From: Pseudomonadales bacterium
GTDB taxonomy: Bacteria > Pseudomonadota > Gammaproteobacteria > Pseudomonadales > UBA5518
Reading direction: 5' to 3'
DNA length: 64,000 bases
Assembly (NCBI GenBank): GCA_022072145.1
Contig: JAJVIG010000012.1
Span: 29,129 to 93,128 of the forward strand
In this document: in pieces, positions 42,709-51,602 of the stretch
Position numbering within the stretch: position 1 is the first letter of the stretch
How the letters are laid out: the number at the start of each line of letters is the position of its first letter
Made by a program: the position numbers and the translations under genes
The notes under the pieces: model-generated
What the model was told of the DNA's origin: nothing
Databases searched by the model: none
The model's input: only the letters and a program-made list of their open reading frames with translations

Positions 42709-43855
42709 TGCCTGCTTCCTGCGCCACGGCGCCGGCGGGAGCGAACCAGCGGCGCCACCACGGGCGGTTGCGCTCGCGCGCCAGCGCGTGCTCGAGTTCC
42801 CGGCAGCGCGCATCGAGCCGATGCACTGCCTCGAGTGCGACTGCCGCGAGTTGGTCCACGTCCTGCGGCACCGGAGGCCGTGACTGCCACGGCAGCAGAC
42901 GGCGTGGCGCGAAATGCGCCGCGTCCCACCACGCCGCATCGGCGCGCATGCGCTCGCGCTGCTCGGGATCGAGCTGCGCGAGCAGTTCGAGATTGCTCTC
43001 GTGACAACTGGCGATCACGCGTTCGACCACTTCCTGCGGCATCACCCACGGCGTGCGCGAACGCGGCAGCTCGAGGTGTCGCGCGATCGCGAACTCGATG
43101 TCGGAGTCGTGCGCACCGGGACGCAGTCGACGGTGCCGCTGGAACACCCGCAGCACCACGCCGGGCAGGCTGCGGTTGGCGACCACCTCGCCCGGCGACG
43201 CGACCCCGACCGTCGCGCAGAAATCCTCGACGATACCCGGCGGCAACAACCGCACATGGACGTCGCGCACGCCCGGCACGCACCGCCAGCCCTCGACCAC
43301 CCGACTCCACTGCATGCGCTCATGCTGGCGCTCGACCCAGCGTGGCAGTTCCAGACCCGTCCAGGCACCCCACTGCCACCAGGCCGCGTTGCACCACTCG
43401 ACCTGCGGGCGTACGTAGATCAGCACCGTGCAGTCCAGTTCCAGCCGTTCGAGAAAACGGCCGGTCGTGAATTCCGCGTATTCCTGCGCCCAGCCCTCGT
43501 TCGAGAGCACCAGCCGCGCGCCGTCGCCGGCAGTGCGGGCCAGTTCGCGGCGCAGCAGCGCGATGCGCGCGCAACCCATCGCATCGAGGTCGTGGGCGCG
43601 CGCCGAGATCGCATACCCGCATGGAACGCGGCGTGCGATGCCGCCGATCTCCTCGCCGGTCACCAGCGCTCCGTCCTTGGGCAGCACCACGTAACGCGCC
43701 GCAGGCATGCCGGAGTCGGCCGGAGTGAGTTCGGGCTGCAGCGACAGCACGGTCTGCAGTGCACTGCTGCCGCACTTGGACATGCCTACGTGTAACACCG
43801 CGAGAGGTGCGGACCGCGCAGCGCCCGCCGTGCCGGCAGTTGCCGGAACATTCAT
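42689..43855 (-). CDS. sulfotransferase-like P-loop protein (paralogue group with 43852-44952 and 58749-59747)
   Basis: 388 aa from MNVPATAG. LHVGMSKCGSSALQ (5'-PSB-like), VLSNEGW, and LIYVRPQVEWCNA (3'-PB-like). ATGA overlap with the upstream gene. Confidence 0.5.
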   Translation of the reverse strand: MNVPATAGTAGAARSAPLAVLHVGMSKCGSSALQTVLSLQPELTPADSGMPAARYVVLPKDGALVTGEEIGGIARRVPCGYAISARAHDLDAMGCARIALLRRELARTAGDGARLVLSNEGWAQEYAEFTTGRFLERLELDCTVLIYVRPQVEWCNAAWWQWGAWTGLELPRWVERQHERMQWSRVVEGWRCVPGVRDVHVRLLPPGIVEDFCATVGVASPGEVVANRSLPGVVLRVFQRHRRLRPGAHDSDIEFAIARHLELPRSRTPWVMPQEVVERVIASCHESNLELLAQLDPEQRERMRADAAWWDAAHFAPRRLLPWQSRPPVPQDVDQLAAVALEAVHRLDARCRELEHALARERNRPWWRRWFAPAGAVAQEAGNDGAPG

Positions 43856-44952
43856 CGACGTTTCTCCAACCAGTTCAGCAGGCGCGGCAGCAGCGTCGGA
43901 TCGTCGGGCACGCCGACCGCATCCCACGGCTCGCCAAGGCGTGGTTCGGGCTCGCGGAACAGGCGCCCGTTGGCGCATTGCAGAAACTCGCGCGCGATCC
44001 ATTCGTAGTCGGCGCGGTTTTCCTCGATCAGTTCGCGGCGCAGCGCCGGCGACAACATCCGGCTACCCACCGCCGGTAGCGCCGTGGCGACCAGCCGCCC
44101 GCGCAGCCGGCGCCGCGTCGACTCATCGAGACCGGCGCGCTGCACCACCTCGAGCAACCCGAGCGTGCCGGCATCGAGTGCAGTATTCACACGCTCGGCA
44201 TCGCCGGATCGCTCTGCAAGCTCCGGCGCTCCTATGGCGCGCAGGAAATCGGCGACCACACCGTCCGGGTTCTGCTCTTTTTCGTACGGTCGCACGATGA
44301 TGTTCGGCGCGCCGAACACCTTGGCCCAACGCTCGAGCAGCGGGCCGTAGCGCCGCTGCCCCGGATGCCGCTGCCGCGACCACGCGATGTAGGCTTCGGG
44401 CCCCACACCCCACGGCGGGCGGCTCACGGTCTTCAACGCCTGGCCATACGCCGAGGCCCACCAGTGATCGTGGCGTCGCAGGTACACGACGATCCGGCAA
44501 TCGAACGCCGCGAAGAACTCGCGCACCGGCAGCGGGTCGAGAGGGCGCACGAAGTGCTCCGAGCTGACGACGACGCGCCCCCCCGGTCGGCGGCGGCACT
44601 CGGTTTCGAACCGCAGGCGCAGCCGTTCGCGCCGCCGTTCATCGGCCCCCGCATCGGGACCACCGGCATGCAGCCCGATCCGCTGGCGCACCAGCCCGGA
44701 CCAGTCCTGCAGGCGTGCGAACGGCCCCGCCGGCGCTTCCTGCCAGTCGGCATCCGCGCGACTGGCCGCACCGAATCCGAGGGCACGGCTCAACACGTAG
44801 TGTGCGTTCTCATGGCGCCCGGCGCGCGGGTACAACAGCCCATGCTCGGCCAGCAGCCGCGGGCGGGCGCACAGGAAACGCTGGATCGCGCTGGTGCCGG
44901 TCTTGTTGATGCCGATGTGCAGATAAAGCCGGGGCCGCGCCGTCGCGCTCAC
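43852..44952 (-). CDS. sulfotransferase-like P-loop protein
   Basis: 366 aa. LYLHIGINKTGTSAIQ, VVSSEHF, and VVYLRRHDHWWASAY, the last being the R....S pattern of the sulfotransferase 3'-PB. Confidence 0.55.
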   Translation of the reverse strand: MSATARPRLYLHIGINKTGTSAIQRFLCARPRLLAEHGLLYPRAGRHENAHYVLSRALGFGAASRADADWQEAPAGPFARLQDWSGLVRQRIGLHAGGPDAGADERRRERLRLRFETECRRRPGGRVVVSSEHFVRPLDPLPVREFFAAFDCRIVVYLRRHDHWWASAYGQALKTVSRPPWGVGPEAYIAWSRQRHPGQRRYGPLLERWAKVFGAPNIIVRPYEKEQNPDGVVADFLRAIGAPELAERSGDAERVNTALDAGTLGLLEVVQRAGLDESTRRRLRGRLVATALPAVGSRMLSPALRRELIEENRADYEWIAREFLQCANGRLFREPEPRLGEPWDAVGVPDDPTLLPRLLNWLEKRR

Positions 44953-44988
44953 GGTGGGTGCGCCGCAGACCCGCGTGCGACGCCGGCT

Positions 44989-45249
44989 TCAGGCCTTGGC
45001 CGGCGCGGGCTTCGCGCGCCGGAAGATCACCCGGCGCTGGGTGCCGCCGCTCCTGGCGTCGGGAGCGTTACGGACGATGAAACGCCCCAGACCCGGAACC
45101 CGGGTCTCACCTTCCTCGGTGGCGTCGACCTGCGAACCGATCTGGCGCAGCACCGCAGCGACCAGGCGGCGCACGCGCGCCTCCGGCAGTTGGCGGAACA
45201 GTTCCGGGTTGGCCGCGGTCAGTGCGGCGACGAAGTCAGCCTGGTTCAT
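44989..45249 (-). CDS. HU/IHF-like small DNA-binding protein
   Basis: 86 aa. AGGAGA RBS 6 nt upstream. MNQADFVAALTA...(helices)...RVPGLGRFIVRNAPDARSGGTQRRVIFR aligns with the HU beta-arm pattern V.G.G.F.V..R..R.G.......I. Confidence 0.6.
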   Translation of the reverse strand: MNQADFVAALTAANPELFRQLPEARVRRLVAAVLRQIGSQVDATEEGETRVPGLGRFIVRNAPDARSGGTQRRVIFRRAKPAPAKA

Positions 45250-45335
45250 GTGCATTCTCCTGTGGGTCACTGGTGGAAATGCTCCCGGGGCGGCGTGTTC
45301 ACGACGCGCTGCATCAGGAGACCGCTCGCGCACGC

Positions 45336-45716
45336 TCAGCCGAGCAGCCGTGCGAGCTGTTTGCGAAGCGTCTGCAGTTCAGGAAGTATACTGCCCGAGA
45401 TCCATGCCGTATCACTGAGTCTGTCCTGGCGCGCGAACCAGCGGTTTGCAGCCGCCAGCGTTTCCGCCAGCGAGCGCGCAGCCAGTTCGTCGCGCAGCAG
45501 CAGCGTGCGCTGGCCGTGCGCGATCCACGCCTCGGCCTCGAGGCGCTCGTCGGCCGTGATCAGCGCCAGCAGGGCCGCGGGCACGACCTGACTGGTGGCC
45601 GGCATGCTGCCCACCACCTGCGCACGCGGCTTCTTGCGCTCGGCGTCATAGGTGGTGCGAACGAACTGCACCACGTGCTTGCGGATCCGGAAGTGCACGG
45701 GCGAGTCGTGCCTCAA
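45336..45716 (-). CDS. hypothetical protein
   Basis: 126-aa ORF with good G/C third-position bias, except over its last 20 or so codons, where the promoter-like motif for the next gene is embedded. The start is non-canonical (TTG 45716 or GTG 45698). No family recognised. Confidence 0.5.
   Translation of the reverse strand: MRHDSPVHFRIRKHVVQFVRTTYDAERKKPRAQVVGSMPATSQVVPAALLALITADERLEAEAWIAHGQRTLLLRDELAARSLAETLAAANRWFARQDRLSDTAWISGSILPELQTLRKQLARLLG
45387..45398 (-). repeat. copy 1 of 12-nt motif (minus strand TCGGGCAGTATA, then CT)
   Basis: Identical 12-mer to 45734-45745. It contains the -10-like TATACT, 130 nt upstream of the HU-like gene and inside the 3' end of the 126-aa ORF. Confidence 0.8.
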
Positions 45717-45731
45717 GCCAAAGATGACGGC

Positions 45732-45760
45732 ACTATACTGCCCGAATATCAGACAGACAA
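45732..45760 (-). promoter_or_regulatory. sigma-70-type promoter TTGTCT-N17-TATAGT, includes copy 2 of the 12-nt motif (45734-45745)
   Basis: The minus strand reads TTGTCT gtctgatattcgggcag TATAGT with exact 17-nt spacing. It lies in the 75-nt gap after the 870-aa gene, 16 nt upstream of the 126-aa ORF. Confidence 0.45.
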
Positions 45761-45791
45761 GCGATTGATAGCAGCCGCCGTCCAGCCGCGA

Positions 45792-48404
45792 TCAGAACGT
45801 GTAGCCGAAGTGTTCAGTGTCCTCGCGGAAGCGTTCGGCGACGATTGCGGCGGTACGCTCGTCGTAACGCTCCCGATACGGCCCCCGTTCGCCCCCGATG
45901 GAACTCTTCACGTGCGGCAGGCTCGCCGCCCGCCCGATGCGCCGGCACACCTCGGCGAAATCCGCCTCCAGGTTCTCGAATCGGCAGATGTAATCGACCA
46001 GCACCCGCCCCTGCGCATCGACGATCCAGCGCCACTGCGGCATGAACATGCGCGGCTGGTCGTAGTAGCGCGGATCGCGCAGCCCGTAGGCCAGCTCCAC
46101 CCAGCGTGCGAACGACATCCCCGCGTCGCGCAGCCCGGACTGGTTGGTCTGCACGCGGTAGCGGAAATGCGACAGCACCTTGTCCCAGGGGTTGCGGACC
46201 ACGGTAAAGGTGAAGCGCCGCTGCCATTCGGCTCGCCCCAGCTGACGCAGTTTCTCCTGCGCGGTGAGGTGCTCGAGTTCGAGTCCGAGGGCAGCCTCGA
46301 TGCTGCTGCCGCCGGTCTTGTTGATGTGGATGAACGCGAAATCGCGCGGCAACGCGGTAGCGCCGGCATGTTCACCGCCCCCCGGCGCTGCCGTATCCGC
46401 CCCCGATGGCGCACCCGCTGCGCGCGGGCGTGCCGCGGCGATCACGAAGCGTCGCCTCGCCGCCGGCGGTGCGCTCTGCTTCCAGGCAACAAGGAAGTCC
46501 CGCACCCGCTCCCTCAGCCTGGCCGCGCCGGCGTGGCGTGCCCGCAGGTCGGCGCCCGACTGCGCGTCCTGCGCCGCGATCGCGTGCAGCGCGACCGCGA
46601 TTTCCGCCGGGACGCCGGATCCGTCGCCCACCCGGCGCCAGACCTCCAGCGGATCCGCCGCGAAGCTCTCGTAGTCGAGCAGATCGAAGCGCGCCGCACT
46701 GCTCTCGAGCGTCTGCAATGCCTGGTGCGCGCCGAGCAGCGAGCCGACCAGCTGATCGGTCGACCAGTTGAACTTCGCTATGAACGAGGCGGCCCACGCA
46801 CGCAACTCGCGACGAATGAACAGGTACCGGGCCGTCGGGAACGCAGCCAGGAAGTCGCCGATCGCAGCGTTTGTTCCGGAACGGAACTTCACGCAGATTC
46901 CGCGCGTGCCATCACCGGCGAAATGCGTCAGCGCGGCCATCGCCGCCCCAATGATCTCTGGGCTGCGCGGATCGTGGCGCTGCGCGGTGGCCAGCGCCGA
47001 AAACACGTCGGGCTCGGAAAAGCTTGTGATTCCGCAGGCCGCGCACAGCCGGCTGAACAGCGTGCTGCCGCAGCGACCGATCGAGAACACCAGCAACGGG
47101 GGCTGCTGCGCCGGCGGCGCGCCGGCCTGCCCGAGCCGCTCGGCGAGCAGTGCGCGCGGCACACGCAACACCTCGGTGGCGTGGGTGAACTGCGCCTGGT
47201 AAAGGAAGGGTTCGTCGAGCGCGCTGCGCGGTGTGTCGACGAACAGGTATGCGTCGGTGGCGTAGTCGAAGCAATACGGCGTGTAGCGGGCGAAGTCGAG
47301 CGCCTCCGGCGCGAGGCGCTCGCCCTCGCCCAGCGTGAAGTCGCCCGGCGCCGCCAGCGCGAGCGTCTGCTTGGCACGCGCAAGCACGGCATGACGCGTG
47401 ACCGCAACAGCCCCCTGTGCGACCGCTGGAGCTGGCGATACGATCCGAGCGGGGGCCGCGCGTTGGGCACAGGGCAGCGTGTCGAACCAGCCGCCCACCG
47501 CCGCCAGCAGTTGCGTGCGCACGGCCGTGCGATGCTTCGCGTCGCCGGCGGCCAGCGCCGCGTCGAGCACCTGCCTGAGCGGTGCGCTGCGCCCGAGCGC
47601 GCTGCGCGCGTACTTGTCGAACGCTGCGGGGAAATCCGCCGCCAGCACCGCAGGATGCAGCACGCGGTCCGGCGGCACCACGTCGCGCGCGTCCGGCCAC
47701 AACCACGGGTGCAGCACCGAGAAATGCGAAAACACTTCGTGCCGCGTCACGCTCGCGATGTCCAAGCAGCGCAGACCGAGCTTGACTGCGGCGGTGGCCA
47801 CGAACGATTCGTCGTTTGGCCATTCCGCCACTCCGGCGCCACGCGCCGCCAGTGACTGCGACAAGGCGTGGCGCTCGCGGTACAGCGCATCGATCGCCTT
47901 GCCCGAGGCACGCGAGAGCGGAAACGCGCAACCATGTACCTCCGGCGCGACCTGCAGCGCCGCCGCGTGCCACATCCACGCCCCGTTGCGCTTGCCGAAC
48001 AGGCAGAGCGCGAGGTCGGCGTCGTCGTGCTCGAAACAGCGGAAGAAATCCTTCGGATCGCGGTGCGTGAACCGCACGTCCGGCTCGATCAGCCAGTAGT
48101 GCCGGGCGCGCACGGCGCGGCGCAGGAAATAGTACGCGTAGTCGCCGCACAGCCAGCCGATGCGCGGCGCCTCGCAGAACAACCCCGCCTCCCGCAGCGC
48201 GGCGCGATCGAACCCGGTCCGGCGCACACCCGCCGGCGTCTCGACCGGTGCGTTCGTCTCGTCGAAGACGAAGAAGACATCCTCGACGCGAAAGCAGCGG
48301 CTCAGCAGCTCGTGCAGCTCGCGCTCGGCCTCGCCGTAGCGATGCGCACGTATCCCGACGCAGACGCGCCGGGGCGCCTCGGCCCCGCGCTTCGCCTCAG
48401 GCAT
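45792..48404 (-). CDS. three-domain protein: unknown N-terminal domain plus two sulfotransferase-like domains
   Basis: 870 aa. The middle domain has LLVFSIGRCGSTLFSRL and FIRRELRAWAAS. The C-terminal domain has FAFIHINKTGGSSIEAAL and FTVVRNPWDKVLSHF, a Sulfotransfer_2-like pattern (F.H..K.GG.S / RNP...R..S). The first 330 or so aa (..GWLCGDYAYYFL..YWLIEPDV..) are unassigned. Confidence 0.7.
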   Translation of the reverse strand: MPEAKRGAEAPRRVCVGIRAHRYGEAERELHELLSRCFRVEDVFFVFDETNAPVETPAGVRRTGFDRAALREAGLFCEAPRIGWLCGDYAYYFLRRAVRARHYWLIEPDVRFTHRDPKDFFRCFEHDDADLALCLFGKRNGAWMWHAAALQVAPEVHGCAFPLSRASGKAIDALYRERHALSQSLAARGAGVAEWPNDESFVATAAVKLGLRCLDIASVTRHEVFSHFSVLHPWLWPDARDVVPPDRVLHPAVLAADFPAAFDKYARSALGRSAPLRQVLDAALAAGDAKHRTAVRTQLLAAVGGWFDTLPCAQRAAPARIVSPAPAVAQGAVAVTRHAVLARAKQTLALAAPGDFTLGEGERLAPEALDFARYTPYCFDYATDAYLFVDTPRSALDEPFLYQAQFTHATEVLRVPRALLAERLGQAGAPPAQQPPLLVFSIGRCGSTLFSRLCAACGITSFSEPDVFSALATAQRHDPRSPEIIGAAMAALTHFAGDGTRGICVKFRSGTNAAIGDFLAAFPTARYLFIRRELRAWAASFIAKFNWSTDQLVGSLLGAHQALQTLESSAARFDLLDYESFAADPLEVWRRVGDGSGVPAEIAVALHAIAAQDAQSGADLRARHAGAARLRERVRDFLVAWKQSAPPAARRRFVIAAARPRAAGAPSGADTAAPGGGEHAGATALPRDFAFIHINKTGGSSIEAALGLELEHLTAQEKLRQLGRAEWQRRFTFTVVRNPWDKVLSHFRYRVQTNQSGLRDAGMSFARWVELAYGLRDPRYYDQPRMFMPQWRWIVDAQGRVLVDYICRFENLEADFAEVCRRIGRAASLPHVKSSIGGERGPYRERYDERTAAIVAERFREDTEHFGYTF

Positions 48405-49635
48405 CGCCGCGTTCGCTCGCGTACAGCCCGAGCAGTTCGGCGACGATCGTCGCGTGCGGGCGCGGAACCGGCAGTCGTGTACAGACCTCGGCGTAGGCCT
48501 GCGGATCGGTGATCAGCCGCTGCATCAGCGTCGCCAGCGAGCGCGCATCGCGGGCCCGGTAATGGAAGCCGCCGACGCCCGGTTCGACCTTCTCGGCCAT
48601 GCCCCCGATGTCCGGGCACAGCACCGGCCGCCCCAGCGCGTGCGCCTCCTGGATCACCAGCGGCGAGTTTTCCCACCACACCGAGCCCATCACGACCCAG
48701 TCGATATCCTGCATCAGTCGCGGCAACTCCCCGGGCTCGTACGGGCCGTGATAGTGAAGCGCCTGTGGATCGGCGGCGAGCAGCTCCGCGATGCGCTGGC
48801 GGTACGGTTCCGGCTGGTTCGCGAGCGCCGAACCGAACACATCCAGCGAGGCCTGCCGGCGCAGCGCGCGCGGCAGCGAGACAAAGGCCTCGAGCACCAG
48901 ATCCACCCCCTTGAACGGGTTGATCTGGCCGAAGTACGCGAAGCGCCCGCGCGGCTCGCCGCTCGCGAGCTCGCGCGGCGGCAGCCGTGGCAGTTCGCGC
49001 ACGCCGTTCTCGAGCACGTGGATGCGCTCCGCGGGCAGTCCCCACGCCGCGTAGCGTTCGGCCAGGAAACGGCTCGGGGCGACGAAGGCATCGACCAGTG
49101 CGAAATGCGCCTTCAGGTAGCGCTCGCGCAGGAACACGTCCTCCGGCGAGACATCGGGAAAACACTGCGCGCAGGCGAGCGGACTGTAGCGCTGGCACAG
49201 CCGGCCGTCGGTCTTGACCATCTGGCCCGCGTTGCGGCAGATCGCGAGGTACTCGTGCAGCGTCAGCACGATGCGCGCGCGCGGGCAGGCGCGTCGCACG
49301 GCGCGGATCATCTCGACGCCGAGGAACAGGTAGTGGTGGAAGTGCACCACGTCCGGATCGATTGCGCGCAACAGCGCGGCGAAGTCGCTGCCGTCGCCGA
49401 GTGCCACCGTCGCGCTGAGCTGCTCGATGCCGGCATCGCCCGCGACCAGGAACTCGCGCTCACCGATCGCGCTCACCGCGGTACCCAGGTGCAGCATCGA
49501 ATGCGGGGCGCGTGCGATGAACCACGCCTGGTGTTCCGGCTGCGCCTCGATGGCACACCACAAGTCCCGGGCGGCGATCTCGGCGCCGCCCTTGGAGAAC
49601 TCGGGATGACCGTGGGCGATCACCGCTACGCGCAT
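48397..49635 (-). CDS. GT4-family (GT-B) glycosyltransferase
   Basis: 412 aa from MRVAVIAHG. FSKGGAEI N-terminus and the C-terminal E-x7-E region (WWENSPLVIQEAHALGRPVL). Confidence 0.85.
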   Translation of the reverse strand: MRVAVIAHGHPEFSKGGAEIAARDLWCAIEAQPEHQAWFIARAPHSMLHLGTAVSAIGEREFLVAGDAGIEQLSATVALGDGSDFAALLRAIDPDVVHFHHYLFLGVEMIRAVRRACPRARIVLTLHEYLAICRNAGQMVKTDGRLCQRYSPLACAQCFPDVSPEDVFLRERYLKAHFALVDAFVAPSRFLAERYAAWGLPAERIHVLENGVRELPRLPPRELASGEPRGRFAYFGQINPFKGVDLVLEAFVSLPRALRRQASLDVFGSALANQPEPYRQRIAELLAADPQALHYHGPYEPGELPRLMQDIDWVVMGSVWWENSPLVIQEAHALGRPVLCPDIGGMAEKVEPGVGGFHYRARDARSLATLMQRLITDPQAYAEVCTRLPVPRPHATIVAELLGLYASERGDA

Positions 49636-51602
49636 GGCCGGACCTCCGTGCGCGGATCGGCGATGACCCCGGCCTCGATGCGCCGGCGGTAACGCCATGC
49701 GTTGAACAGCGTGAGCAACTGGCGCTGCCAGGCGCTGCTGCCGGCGTTCTGCGACTGGCGCTCGAGGTGCCAGAGCCGCGTCCGTGGCACCAGCCACAGC
49801 CGACGCCCGCGCTTGCGCAGCGCGAGACAGAGATCGCTGTCCTCGAAATCACCCACGACATAGCCCTCGTCGAGACCGCCGATCTGCAGGTAATCCTCGC
49901 GGCGCAGCATCACGCAGGCAGCGGTCAGCAACGGCTGCTCGGCGGGTTCGTCCGCTCCCGCCCACGGCATGCCCTTGCCCGGATGCGCGTTCATCAGGAA
50001 GCCGGGCAGGAACGGATCCTCGCGCGGCACCATGCCCGCGTGCTGCACCGATCCGTCGGCGAACTGCAGCAGCGGCGCGACCATTCCCGCCGCGGGCAAG
50101 CGGTGCAGCGCCTCGTCGAGGCACGCCAGCCAGCCGTGCTGCTGCGGCAGCACGTCGGAGTTGAGCAACACCAGCGCCGGCGCGCGCGCGAGCACCGCGG
50201 CAATGTTGTTCGCACCGGCGAAACCGCGGTTGCACCCGTACCACACGACCCGGAACGCCAACCCCAGCAGCGCGTGGAAATTCGCCGCCATGTCGAGCAC
50301 CGGCTGCAGCAACGCCGGATCGTCGACCACGTAGATCAGGTCGGTGCGCCCGAAATCCGGGTCGTCGGCGAACTGCACGAGTTGGTGGCGCATGAAGTCC
50401 CCCCGCCCGTAGAGCGGCACGATCACCGAGAATCGGGGATCGTCGACCGGCGTGCCGAAGGCTCGCACCTGCACCGCCGGCGGCTGCGTGCGGCAACTCG
50501 TGTGGAAGGACTGCAGCGCCGGACCCACGCTGTCGAACAGCGCCGCGAAGCGATGGCGCAGCCGGTCCGGCGCGGGGATCTCCGCGAGCACCTGCTTGAT
50601 CAGCGCGACCCCGTGCGGCTGGGCGGCATCGGTGGGCAGGCGCAGGCACTCCTCGCGTCCGTCGGCGAACACGAACCGCAACGCGCGCAACTCGCCCACC
50701 CGGGTCGGCAGCGGTGCATGCAGCAGGAAACCCGTCTCGGGCGGAAGTTCGGGAAGGGTCGCCGCGAACTCGTCGATCACGTCCTGGCGCGGCAGCCGGA
50801 AGGCGGAGGCTGCGAGGTCGGCGGTGCGAGCGTCGGCGCCTTCGGCGTACAGCGCGACCACGCGGTTCCCCGTTTCGAAGTGCCAGCCGAACACCAGCAG
50901 GCCTGCGCTACCGAGCACGAAGACGCGATCGATGCTCGCGAACGTGGTCTGCGGGTCACGCAGCAGCGCGGGCATCGCCGCGATCCGGGCGCCGAACTCG
51001 GTGCTCGCCAGTTCGGCGACGATCGTGTCGATGTCGCCGGCACCGATCCCCTCGGCCACCAGCTCCCTCAGTGCCGGTGCCGCGTGCGGCCAGCAGCCCT
51101 CGAGCACGCGCCGCAGCGAGGTCGGCGCCGCCGCCGGCTGCGTCGGCAACGGCATTTCCGCCACACCGCCATCGCGGCAGCGCAGCGCCAGCCCGGCCGC
51201 ATCCAGCGCCGGCGGCAGGTACAGCACGAAACCGTGCTCGTCGCCGACCGCTTCGCGCAACGGATCCAGCGCATCGCGCACATCCGGGCGGTGCGTGCGC
51301 AGCAGCCGGACGCCGTCGTTGCGGTCGAGCAGTGGTATCAGCTCCAGTTCGGTGGCTGGCGCCGCGGCGCCGGCTGTGCCTGCGGTCTCGGTGACGGTGA
51401 CGTCGGCGACGACGGCGTCCATGCAGAGTAGTTGCCCGCGCGGATCGAACACCCAACCCACGACCAGCCGCCCGCCGTGATGGCCCAGCGCCAGCAGGCT
51501 CTCGACGTGCGCACGCACACCGGCTCCCGGCTCCTCGCTCAGCGGCAGCGCCGCGCGCGGCATGCGCCGGGGCGCCGCCTGTGGTTCCCGATCCGTCGCC
51601 AT
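49626..51602 (-). CDS. GT2-family glycosyltransferase with a roughly 350-aa unknown N-terminal region
   Basis: 658 aa from MATDREPQ. The GT-A core is FSVIVPLYGRGDFMRHQL...LIYVVDDP...CNRGFAGANN...VLLNSDV. The N-terminus holds two GW-initiated beta-rich modules. 1-nt TGATG junction with the upstream gene. Confidence 0.8.
   Translation of the reverse strand: MATDREPQAAPRRMPRAALPLSEEPGAGVRAHVESLLALGHHGGRLVVGWVFDPRGQLLCMDAVVADVTVTETAGTAGAAAPATELELIPLLDRNDGVRLLRTHRPDVRDALDPLREAVGDEHGFVLYLPPALDAAGLALRCRDGGVAEMPLPTQPAAAPTSLRRVLEGCWPHAAPALRELVAEGIGAGDIDTIVAELASTEFGARIAAMPALLRDPQTTFASIDRVFVLGSAGLLVFGWHFETGNRVVALYAEGADARTADLAASAFRLPRQDVIDEFAATLPELPPETGFLLHAPLPTRVGELRALRFVFADGREECLRLPTDAAQPHGVALIKQVLAEIPAPDRLRHRFAALFDSVGPALQSFHTSCRTQPPAVQVRAFGTPVDDPRFSVIVPLYGRGDFMRHQLVQFADDPDFGRTDLIYVVDDPALLQPVLDMAANFHALLGLAFRVVWYGCNRGFAGANNIAAVLARAPALVLLNSDVLPQQHGWLACLDEALHRLPAAGMVAPLLQFADGSVQHAGMVPREDPFLPGFLMNAHPGKGMPWAGADEPAEQPLLTAACVMLRREDYLQIGGLDEGYVVGDFEDSDLCLALRKRGRRLWLVPRTRLWHLERQSQNAGSSAWQRQLLTLFNAWRYRRRIEAGVIADPRTEVRPCA

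Noticed and set aside
44072-44086. ops/JUMPStart-like GCCGGTAGCGCCGTG (consensus GGCGGTAGCGTG)
   Set aside because: It is on the plus strand while all capsule genes are on the minus strand. It is inside a coding region and the match is imperfect. No ops-like element was found in the real 5' gaps of the locus.
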